A program made the translations under genes and the position numbers. Below are positions 36,431 through 47,369 of a stretch of 64,000 nt of DNA, in pieces. A model generated the notes under the pieces. That model saw only the letters and a list, made by a program, of their open reading frames with translations. It was not told the DNA's origin and did not search any database. Position 1 is the first letter of the stretch. Each line of letters opens with the position of its first letter. The DNA comes from Cladosporium halotolerans (taxonomy: Eukaryota). The stretch covers positions 62,001-126,000 of the forward strand of contig NW_027191459.1 in NCBI RefSeq assembly GCF_011745625.1, written 5' to 3'.

Positions 36431-38079
36431 ATGCATCTTCTTCAATACATTTTACGTACCACACAAAATTCAAAGAGTTCTAGATCAGCTGGTCTGTCAG
36501 TAGACCTTCGGCAAAGTTTACTGGTACTTCCATTGTCCTGAGGGCTCGCAACCAGGCCCCCAGCGTGACCCGTGCGCCCTTTATTACAGCCAAACATTAT
36601 TACCACAGCGCAAGACTTACGAGGACCGTTATGCCTGGCGGCGTCAACGCGCACAACTACCTTCTCAACCTTCTCGATCTGCGCTCCGCGAGGCCATGAC
36701 AACAAAAGCTGAGGTCCCTGACATGTGAAGGGACTCAGTAGCCCTTACCCAACGAGTGGAGACGCATCCCTTGAAAAAGGCGAGGATCCTCCTCTCCTCC
36801 TTGAAGGCTATCTTCACCATCCGTCAAATTTGGGTGCAAGGCTCCTGAATTCATGAAACAGGCGGAAACACTGAATCTAACGTCTACGAAGACTCTCAAT
36901 CCTTTGTGTTCCGCCCCAATGATCTGAAAGACCTGGGAGAACTGCAGGAGTTCCTTAGAATCGCTAACTTCTTGCGTCCATGGAGCCGCTATTGTCGATT
37001 AAGAAACGGTTCCTGCTGTCAAGGGATCTGAACTGCGGCGTAGGTCGGTCTACCTGTGTAGTATTTCCCGATAGTGATCTTGATCTCAGGCCATATATAT
37101 GGATTATCTAACAATCTCAAGGAAGGAGCTTTTGAAACAACAGGATCACCATCTATTTCCTTCTGAAGATCATGATTTGGAAAAGAGAGAGGTCGATTCC
37201 TCCACGGCGGTTTAAGGTACATCATTTACGAGCGTTACACCACCATACTTAGCACACCTGCACCGCTAAGAGGTTCTGAAAAAAGCCCGTGGTGAACGAT
37301 TTTTTTCCAAAAAAAAAAAAAACAGATCTCCTATCTCTTTCGACCTTAACACGAGGTAAAGAGTGGTCTCGAGCTGCTAAATCCTGTCTGATACGGCTGT
37401 GGCCTTTCAAAACGACAACTTCAAGGAAAAGACGATTTTAAGATACCGTGGATCGCGTCGGCCGCTTGCTAAGGTCACGCCCCGGCGCCACAAATATGTC
37501 GATACGCCCGCCGGCCTCAACGACTCGGGACCTGAGCGTATGCGGGTCTAGGCACCAATCACTCCCGGATCAGGAGAAGACATGGCCTACCAAGGACAGT
37601 AGCCTAGGTAGGGAGCTTTTGTTGTGAAGTCGATTCAACGGCCTTGAGGAGACGGTGCCGGACATTCGCCCGCAGTCGTGCGCAGGGGTCAAAGAAATAG
37701 GGGGACTTACCGCCTCACAGACGCCGCGACGACCGGAGGAGCAACGTTCGCAGACATTGTGCGGACGGTTACATGGACTTCCGAGAGCGATCGAGTTCGC
37801 GTGGCGACGGCAACAGTCGTAGTGAATTTCCCGATAAGCCAGGTCCTCGTCCGAAAGAAGGTAGTCCTCAGTTTCAGCCGTTATCTTGCGAAAAGGGGTA
37901 ACTCTGAAGTGTGAGTGAGAATCTCTGTGATACTAATGAGAACGAAATATATGTGAAACCCAGTGTTGATAATAGTCGACCGTTTGCCTTGAACACACTT
38001 GACCTGGCTACATGTAGTTGTTTAAGGGGCTCTTATTGACGCTGGGTTGATACTGACGACGACGTATCCGCAGCCTGAA

Positions 38080-39110
38080 TCTCACGCCCATGGGTCTACT
38101 AGGTACCGTCAGGTATAAAACCGACGACAAAGGGTATATCACCGAGAGAAAACCCGCCCTCAAATACCGTCACATGTCACAGAAAAGGGTCGTGAAGTCG
38201 TTGAATTTCACGTACATAAAGCTGCTACTGTCAAGCGTAGGTTTAAGAACTGGAAATGTACTGCTGAGAGGAAGGGTACAAGACCGGGTCAGAACACAAT
38301 CAAATGTCAAGGAAGGAATTCGAAGAAACGCGGCATCTCAGGTCCATGGAGCTACTACCATCAGGCACCATTCCATTAACCGGGTTTATATTCCTACGTG
38401 AAGGGGTGCAAGTATTCCGTTAAACATCATCACATGCTACAGAAAATGTGGCAAAAACACGCTCTTCCACGCCCCTGGAGCTGCTACTATCGGGCGTAAA
38501 GCCAAACCCGGGGGGTGTTCTCTTGAGAGAAGAAGCCCGAATCCCTCCCTCCGAGAATGGTCGTGGACGTTGTCGACGGGCAAATGGTGATCGCCAAGGG
38601 CTTCTGGCATGCCCTGGACCACAAGCTCCGTGGAAGCTCATGTCTTTTCGACGGTTTTGTCTATAAGATTACGTCGGGCGTATAGTAGTCTCGGAGGACT
38701 CTTAACATACTCTGGATCATAAGCTCCGTGGAAGCTCAGGTCTTTTCGAAGGCTTTGCCGATAAGATTGCGTCGGGCGAATGGTGATCACCGAAAACTTT
38801 TGGCATGCTCTGGACGATCAGCTGCCCATTCCTTCTCAACAGTCTGGTCTCTACAACTTTCTTCAGACACTGTCACATGTCACAAATTATAGTCAAAAAA
38901 AAAAACAGAGGATCTTCACGTCCATGGGGCTGTTGCCATCAGGCACAGGACTAGGAAACAAGGGTGTGCCACTGAGGGAAAGGGTGTGAGATTACCTTCA
39001 AACAGTGTCACATGACACAAATAATGGTCGAAAAAACACGGCATCTCACGTCCATGGAGCTGTTGCCATCAGGCATAGAATTAGAAAACGGGGTGGTGCC
39101 GCTGAGAGGC
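38080..39110. repeat. Diverged tandem array, ~130 bp unit, ~6 copies (cores near 38081, 38208, 38337, 38467, 38917, 39047), interrupted at ~38540-38850
   Basis: Recurrent core TCACGTCCATGGAGCTG(T/C)T(G/A)CCATCAGGCA(T/C)A and a TGTCACATG motif at ~127-130 bp spacing. Confidence 0.8.
38539..38824 (+). pseudogene. Inverted fragment homologous to the neighbouring SUN gene, ~2.5 tandem copies of ~97 bp
   Basis: 38539-38664 translates ESLPPRMVVDVVDGQMVIAKGFWHALDHKLRGSSCLFDGFV, versus SUN EYLPPRMVVDVVDGQMAINDNFWLALNDKLHGTGVIFDGFV. The last partial copy reads MVITENFWHALDDQL. Confidence 0.9.
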
Positions 39111-39179
39111 AGTGATTCATTGGGTATCTTAACTACCAAAACTCCTCGCTCAATGCATGGGTATCATACCAAAAACCTA

Positions 39180-40997
39180 TCAAAACTCCTCTCCAGTCAA
39201 ACGCAATCTGTACGAACAGGTGTGATCGGCACCCCAATTCGACGTAACCCTGTAGTAAAACTTGCTGGCCGCCAGCTCGATGCTCTCCATGTCCACGAAC
39301 ATGGGAAACGATTGCACCCAGTTCTCGCCGTGGATGTCGTATGTGCCGACGCCGACGCAGACAGACGTGTTGGTAGGCGGCGGCTTCGCTGTGTCCATGC
39401 AGCTGGACATGTCGTAGCGGGTGAACAAGTCGCTGATCTTCTGCCGGTAGATGCTGGCTTGCTCTTCGGAGAACGTCTCGGCCCAGAGCTCGATGTCTTG
39501 CGGGGCAGCTGCGATGCCGCGCGTTCCGGTGGCTGGGACGTGCTCAACGACGAAGCGTTTCGGGGCGATCTTGTGCTCTGTCATCACTGCCAGCTGTGCC
39601 TTGCCCTTGTTTGGTGATTCGGCTGCGCACCAGCAGTCACCAGTCTCGTCCCACTTGATCAGTGCCATGGCTGGAGGGTGTTCACGGCGCTTGCGGGTGC
39701 CGAAGAAGCCGACGCTAGGGATCTTCTGGAGGTTCTGTGCAGTCGGAGACGTGCCGTGAGGGTCAACAACAGCTCCAAGGTTCGGAGAGAAGTAGTTGAC
39801 GGAGCTGATGGCGTCGTAGGTGTTGGCAATGAGGTTCGATTTGGCGAGAATGGCGAGCTGAGTCCTGAAATCGGCTGGCGCGTTCTCGGCGACCTCAAGG
39901 GCGACTTGAGTAGCGACCATACGGGCAGCGCTGATCGCCTCTTGTGTTCCTGCTCGCATCATGGCAGCCATCCGTGTTTCAAGGTCTTTTTCGTTCTGCT
40001 GGAGGAGCTCGTAAATGCCTTCGCGGTCCAGTATGCGACGTTCAGCAAAGGCCGATTCCAACCAACGGAAAGTCGCTTCGCGAGAGACCTCTGCCGCGAT
40101 ATGCTCATTTGCAGAGACAAAACCATCAAAAATGACCCCAGTGCCATGGAGTTTGTCGTTGAGAGCAAGCCAGAAGTTGTCGTTGATCGCCATTTGCCCG
40201 TCGACCACATCAACAACCATTCTCGGCGGCAGATACTCGACAAGAGAAGTGTAGTTGGCTTCCATGGCATCGATGCGGCTGAAGTGCATTATGTTGATGA
40301 CATTCTGTGTGACAGGGTCTGTAATTGCAGGGAGCCCGTCTGCGACCAGGGAGGAATTGTACCTGACCATAAGCCATAGTCTCTCGAGCTCGCCAGGCGG
40401 AAGGTCGTATCCCGGTAAGCCAGCTACGATCTTGAGACCTCGGAAAATTTCATCGCGACGTGCTCCTGCCTTCTGCGGCAGTGAGATATTAGCAGCGATG
40501 ACCAGGAGAAGAGCGCCGACGAGGAGAGCCCAAAGGTTGCGCCAGAGGTAGCGCGGGACGGCGAAGAGGACGGCAGAGAGGGACCAGGTCGAGGGAGCAA
40601 GAAGAGACCAGGGCGAGGGGGTCTCGGCGGGGGTGGCGGCGCGCGGAGCCGCGGCCGGCGGTGCTGGTGGCGTGGGCACCCTCTGGTGCCCCTGGGATTG
40701 AGCAGACCCTTCGTAATGGGCCATGCTCTCCACGACAGTCCCCTGTCGTGGCGTCGATGGCTGCTGCGGCAGCTCCTCTTCGTCCCTGTGGGACTCCTCG
40801 AGGACCGGGGAGACCCCGGCACCGGTACGGCCTGTCGCGAAGGCCTGGTTGAAGTTGGTACTCGCCGCAGCGAGTTGAGAACGGAGATTGGCTCTCCCCC
40901 GGGAGCCGTAGTTGTGTGATTGGCGGATATCCACCGCAGGGAGAGGCGCCGGCGTCGTCTGCCGCGACATCGATCTCGTGTGGCGAGGTGTCGCCAT
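39180..40997 (-). CDS. SUN-domain nuclear envelope / spindle pole body protein (Sad1/Mps3-like), intronless
   Basis: N-terminal SHNYGS motif, transmembrane segment LWALLVGALLLVIAA, C-terminal SUN domain VNYFSPNLGAVVDPHGTSPT...ALIKWDETGDCWCA...VVEHVP...APQDIELW...SNWGADHTCSYRLRLTG. TATA-like TATATAAA about 50 bp upstream of the ATG. Confidence 0.9.
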   Translation of the reverse strand: MATPRHTRSMSRQTTPAPLPAVDIRQSHNYGSRGRANLRSQLAAASTNFNQAFATGRTGAGVSPVLEESHRDEEELPQQPSTPRQGTVVESMAHYEGSAQSQGHQRVPTPPAPPAAAPRAATPAETPSPWSLLAPSTWSLSAVLFAVPRYLWRNLWALLVGALLLVIAANISLPQKAGARRDEIFRGLKIVAGLPGYDLPPGELERLWLMVRYNSSLVADGLPAITDPVTQNVINIMHFSRIDAMEANYTSLVEYLPPRMVVDVVDGQMAINDNFWLALNDKLHGTGVIFDGFVSANEHIAAEVSREATFRWLESAFAERRILDREGIYELLQQNEKDLETRMAAMMRAGTQEAISAARMVATQVALEVAENAPADFRTQLAILAKSNLIANTYDAISSVNYFSPNLGAVVDPHGTSPTAQNLQKIPSVGFFGTRKRREHPPAMALIKWDETGDCWCAAESPNKGKAQLAVMTEHKIAPKRFVVEHVPATGTRGIAAAPQDIELWAETFSEEQASIYRQKISDLFTRYDMSSCMDTAKPPPTNTSVCVGVGTYDIHGENWVQSFPMFVDMESIELAASKFYYRVTSNWGADHTCSYRLRLTGEEF

Positions 40998-41149
40998 GGT
41001 TGTGTGTGTGTCTGGGTGGGAGAAAGTTGTGGGCCGAGTAAAGTTGTTTATATATGCAGGCGCGCGCTTTCGCGGCGGGTACCTTGCATTAGCGCGCGGG
41101 AAGCTCCCGGCGGGGTAGCTTGTTTGAACATGTGCACGCGCTACGGCGT

Positions 41150-42180
41150 GGCTCTCTCGCTGGCCGACCCCTCCTGATAGTTCTACGACTGATGGCATGA
41201 GCACAACACGCTGGAGATACGTCTATTTTTTGATGATTGTCTTGACCGTCTGAGAGCAGCTTCTTCACTGGGCCGACCCCTCCTAATGGATCTACGGCTG
41301 ACGGTATAAGCATAACGCGCTGAAAATACGCCTATTTTTTGATGATTTTCTTGACTATCTGAGAGTCGCTTCTTCACTGGGCCGGCCACTCCTAATAGTT
41401 CTACGACTGATAGCATGAGCACAACGCGCTAGAGATACGCCTATTGTTTAACGATTTTCGGAGGCATTTGGCAGCGCCTTCTTCACCGGATCCACCATCC
41501 CGGGTGTTTCTATGCCTGCTAGCAACAGCACCGCGCGCTGGAGATACGCCAATTTCTAATAATTTTATTTGGGGTCTAATAGTACCTTCTTCACTGGACC
41601 CCAACCCCCCAGGTGTTTCTATACCTGCTAGTATGAGTACCGCGCGCTGGAGATACGCCAATTTCTGATGATATTCTTCAGCATTTAACAGTACCTTCTC
41701 CACTGGACCCAAACCCCCTTAGGTATTTCCGTGCCTACTGGCATGAGTACAACGCGGTAGAGATACGCGTATTTCCTTCTCCATATCTCCTCCACACACA
41801 CGCAACACCTCGTCTGCGCACGCGCAAACCTTCCCAGACGCATTACTCGACCATGACGAATCGCAAGGCAGCTGCCAAAAAGGCGGTCGATACACGGCGC
41901 CGCAACAAGGAGCATTGACAAAGCCACACAAAGAAGTTATGTAAGTGAAGTAAACCCACACAAAGCCACTCAAACAAAGCAGCCGCGCAATACTTACGAT
42001 TCCTCCAGCCTCTGACAGCAGTCGGCTCACCGGATCCATCCCTCCGGATATTTCTATGCCTACTAGTACGAGCACAATTCACTGGAGATACGCCCGTTCA
42101 TAATCATTCTCCCAAGCATTTGACAGCACTCGCTTCACTGCTCCCAGCCTCCAAGCGTTTCTACGGCTGACGGTATGGCC
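41150..42180. repeat. Diverged tandem array, ~108-109 bp unit: 6 copies (41150-41775) plus ~1.5 copies (42005-42180)
   Basis: CTTCTTCACTGG...TTCTA(C/T)G(A/C)CTG...GCGCTGGAGATACGCC recurs, with GATACG cores near 41216, 41325, 41434, 41543, 41652, 41762 and 42087. Confidence 0.9.
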
Positions 42181-42858
42181 ATATGTAGCACACCTGTCTT
42201 GCTGGGGAAATTGCGGGGAGCGTGGGCATCGGCGCGCAGACACCCGGGGTACAGTGTCGCCAAGCGAGGTGAGACGCCCTCTACGGGGACTAGTACTAAT
42301 ATCAGTAGATCAAACCTAGTTTTGACACAGCCAAAGAAATTCTCGTAATCGGGACACTCGGAAGGCTTACACCATTCCGCTAGTGTACGCGCAAAGATGA
42401 GTGGCCGAACCCCAGGTCTCACCTCGCTTGATAAGACTGCAGACTCGCAAGCACCAACCGAGCAGTAGCCGGCGAGCATCTCATTCGGGGGTTCGACTGC
42501 TAAGGTCATAAACAATTTCTGGGGAAAATCTCAAAAATTAAGTTGAGCTTCTCTTACATTTAGCTATACATTTTCTGTATTCTGATTGCCCTTATGTCTT
42601 ACGAGTAAGATGTTCAAAAACGTCGTCTCTGTCAGCTGCCGATGGAATTTGGCGCTTTTGATTCTACACCGCGTGGCAGAGGCCTCCGCCGCTTTCCGAG
42701 AAGGGCGAACAATACGCTTACATGCGCTCAGAGATGAACAATTCCACTTCAAACTGCCTTATACAGCATTGACTGTGAGATTGATCTGGCTCTAAGGGCT
42801 ATATACTGACGTCGATTTTCTTAGTTTGCAAGGCGATCCCCATGTACAAGCGTAAATC

Positions 42859-43057
42859 GGCCGTGTACCAGTGTATCTACTGAGGGCAAGTCCCACGACG
42901 GTTTCCTCACCGACTATGGGTACTCGCCCGACCCGCCCGCAATTGTCGCCTGGAGCATCGCTAACGGCGATGACGATTTCGTCGATGATACTGCCTACGT
43001 TACTGGAGACATCATCTGCCATAGGGAGGCTAAGCCTGGTCAAATCGCCCTACCCAC
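42859..43057 (+). pseudogene. N-terminal fragment of an AA9 (GH61) lytic polysaccharide monooxygenase; His1 lost, frameshifted, truncated
   Basis: GRV/TSVSTEGKSHDGFLTDYGYSPDPPAIVAWSIANGDDDFVDDTAYVTGDIICHREAKPGQIALP follows the AA9 pattern HGxV...G..Y.G....Y...PP...AWS......FV....Y...DIICH..A.PG. Not in the ORF track. Confidence 0.8.
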
Positions 43058-43384
43058 AATCGCCAGCCGCAAGGCTGCGAGCAAGAAAGCTGCCGAGACG
43101 TGCGCTGCAACCAGATCGCAAAAGGGGAGCAGCGCCTCCGCGAAGAAGCCGCCACGGCCGGCGAGGACACTGTCTTAGATGACGCTACTGGCAACAACAA
43201 TCCTCCCAGTGCCCTAGGCGCCCACAATAATAACGCTGAGAGACAGGCCCCAACTCAGCCTCGTCCTGAAGCTCCTTCAACTGTAAGAGTCACCCTCCCT
43301 GAGTCTTCTGAGGATGACGACGAGGCGAAGACGATGCAGGTGCTGGACTACGGCGTTGCGCATAAGCCGCTGAAGCCCAGTACC

Positions 43385-43750
43385 GCTCAATTTACGCCTG
43401 CGGGTACTATCTGTTTGTGTTGGAGATACGCTCAATTTTGACAGCCTCACCAGACATGTGACCGCTCTGCTTTCTACGCATGTGACAGCACGCCTTTCAC
43501 TGGACCCATTCTCCCAGGAGTTCCTCTCCCAGGTGTTCCTAAGCCTGCTCATATAAGCACAATGCGCGAGAGGTAGGCGTATTTTCTGGTGAATTTCTCA
43601 AACATTTCGCGACACGTCCTTCATTGGGTCTACCAATCCCAGTATCTTTACGCCTGCGGGTAATACCTCTACGTGTCGTTGAGGGACTCAAACTTGACAG
43701 ACTCTCCAAACATGTGACGGCTCTTCTACGCATGTGACAGCATTTCTTTC
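43385..43750. repeat. About 3 more degenerate copies of the same repeat family as 41150-42180
   Basis: TTGGAGATACGCTC, CTTTCACTGGACCC...CCAGGTGTT, and duplicated TTTACGCCTGCGGGTA and TTCTACGCATGTGACAGCA. Confidence 0.7.
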
Positions 43751-45456
43751 CCCGGAGCCGTCAGGGGACGGACCTCTTCTCGGATTCACTTGACCTTCCG
43801 CTACTTCTACGCACTCTGATCCGAGGTACTTATGCACGTGACAATTCATTCTCACGCCGTGTCGCCGCTCGCGTATTACATCGTCGCTCTTATACTGAAT
43901 CGTCGCTCTCTTACCCACCAGAGGATAGCATGCGTATGGCGATATAGAACGCGAGTGGCAATACGGTAAGCGACACGGTACGCCAGAGGCGATACGGTGC
44001 GCGAGAGGTAGCGAGTTCTACGAGAGGCGGCAAATTCTATCGTAAGAAATTCGAAGGTCGGGTGAATCTGAAGAGAGGTCCGTCGCCTAACAACTCCGCC
44101 TTTTACTAGATCCACCCCTCCTGATGTTCTTCCGCCTGCCGATACCGTCGGAGCAGTGTTCTGTGCGCGCGTCTCGGCGGCCTGAAGCAGCAGCATAGGG
44201 CGCCAGGCGTACCCGCTGGACAACGAGACGCCGATGGAGTACGCTCCCCGATAATACCACACCGCACCCACCCGCCGCTGCATGTGGTGAATGTGATCGC
44301 CGCCTTTACCCGCGGGGTAGGCTACCTAGGTGCCAGGCACTGCTAGGTGGTCCACCGTATTGATTAGTCGCTGGCGGTGCGGTAATGTCTCCGCCGCCGC
44401 GAGCATTTCAGGCGTGAGTGCGTACCACCCGCCTAAGATCTAAGACCCGTTCTTAGGCTGGGTCGGAACTGGATTTACTATGAAGAATACTGGGTCTGGT
44501 CTAATGGCGTTAATACTAGCCACCGGACAAGACCTAGTCGCAAATGCAGCCGGAATTGGTAAAGACTCGAGAATCGATGATGCCGCTGCAACCGACTTTC
44601 GGGAATCTGACCTGGAATGAGCGATGAAGGGGTATTTGCCACGATGAGTGTTTGTCTTCTTGTCGATCGGGAACTGCTCGCCGAAACGGCGGCCGTAGAG
44701 TTTCAACAAATAATCTCTGGCAATCGGAACGCTGCCATAAAAAGCAAATCTGTTGACGCCAGTATAGGTTTCGCGGAACTTTCGGTGCACCGGACAGCAG
44801 TCTTCGTACATCCAGATTAACGCGTGCTAGTATGACCTCCATGCTTTGGAGGGTATGTATTCCCTGATGGGTTTCTGAGGCAAGTGGCACCTCATCGCTT
44901 CACGGACACACTATACCCTTCGCGTTCGTTGGTACAACCTCTACGCCTGGGAGCTTACACTACTTCACTCCGAGTCTTGACACTTGACAAATCCCCTCTC
45001 AATGGGACCAACCCGCTTGATGCTACTCCTGCCGCTGATATGACCTTCGCACTCACTCAAACTTTGGCACGTCGGAGGTTCTCTCCCCATGGGCCGGCCG
45101 CTTCTGGCATTTTACGCATGCTGATATTTACCCTGACGTTCTGAAAATGCAACCAGTGTTCGACCATTCTGCAAAGCATGCGAAACATTGACTCTCAGGT
45201 TGGCGACCTTGTGCTTATCTACCGTAGTCGCGGCAACTTCGACCATCAGCAGTCCATCAAGCTTCAGGCTCTGGATTGGGTCGGGCTGGGCGAACGAGCC
45301 TGAGTCTCAATCCTGGAAAGCGCATGTCAAGGTAGGATCTCCAGAAAAAGTGTGTATATAGCATTCGTGCTTTTTGGTATCTACCACCCATATCCAATGC
45401 TCGTTCGTCATCGTGAGAAAGAAAATAGTCTATGATCTGAACAGCTGTGAGACCGT

Positions 45457-46818
<1,362 letters not shown>

Positions 46819-47369
46819 GGTGTCTTCTTGTATATGCGCGATTGGTACAGCGAAGGAGAGAGAGGCGTAGGCGGAAGCAGCGAGCAAGTCAACAAAAGCA
46901 AGGCTTAAGGGCGGCAGAGGGGGCCAGGTGTTTTATGACAGCAGGGCAGGGTTGCGCGTTTCGCAATGCGACGACGACGACGCATGTGGGGGCGGGGCGC
47001 GGCGGGCAGCGTTCGAGTCCCACCAAAAGTGCCCGGTGCGCGGAATTCATTTAACCTCGCGGGACAATTCACTCGGGGTTTAGCGTCCGCCGTGACGAGC
47101 GGGTAGGGCTGAGACCGACCTCCACTGGGGTCTCTGAGGAAGACAGATGTCGGGAGTAGGTGGAGGAGCATCCCATTGTCAGCATACCACCACCCACATC
47201 CCGGTGCTCTCGACACTCCTCCAACCGATTACCTGATCGGATGCCACGAGCTGTGACGGTGTGAAAGAGCAGGTTGGTGGAAAATAGGCGAAAGCCTCAA
47301 TACCCGGCTCGCGCCATCTCTGAACGCCGGATCTACCTATCTACACCGCTTTCCAACGACCAATTGTCC

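Noticed and set aside
37730..37825. LCGRLHGLPRAIEFA resembling the NB-ARC GLPLA motif
   Set aside because: No P-loop or other NB-ARC motifs nearby and flanked by stops; likely chance.
40998..41204. N-terminal extension of the 674 aa SUN ORF
   Set aside because: Starts inside the repeat and runs through a TATA-like box; the ATG at 40997 in ACAACCATGG context is the better start.
41089..42082. Short mutually similar ORFs on the minus strand
   Set aside because: By-products of the tandem repeat: frames shift between units and stops are frequent.
41150..42180. CRISPR array
   Set aside because: Whole ~109 bp units are homologous with no regular unique spacers, there are no cas genes, and the context is eukaryotic.
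36440..45450. Autonomous transposon or Starship element
   Set aside because: No DDE transposase, reverse transcriptase, Rep/helicase or tyrosine recombinase motifs recognised, and no clear termini or TSD.
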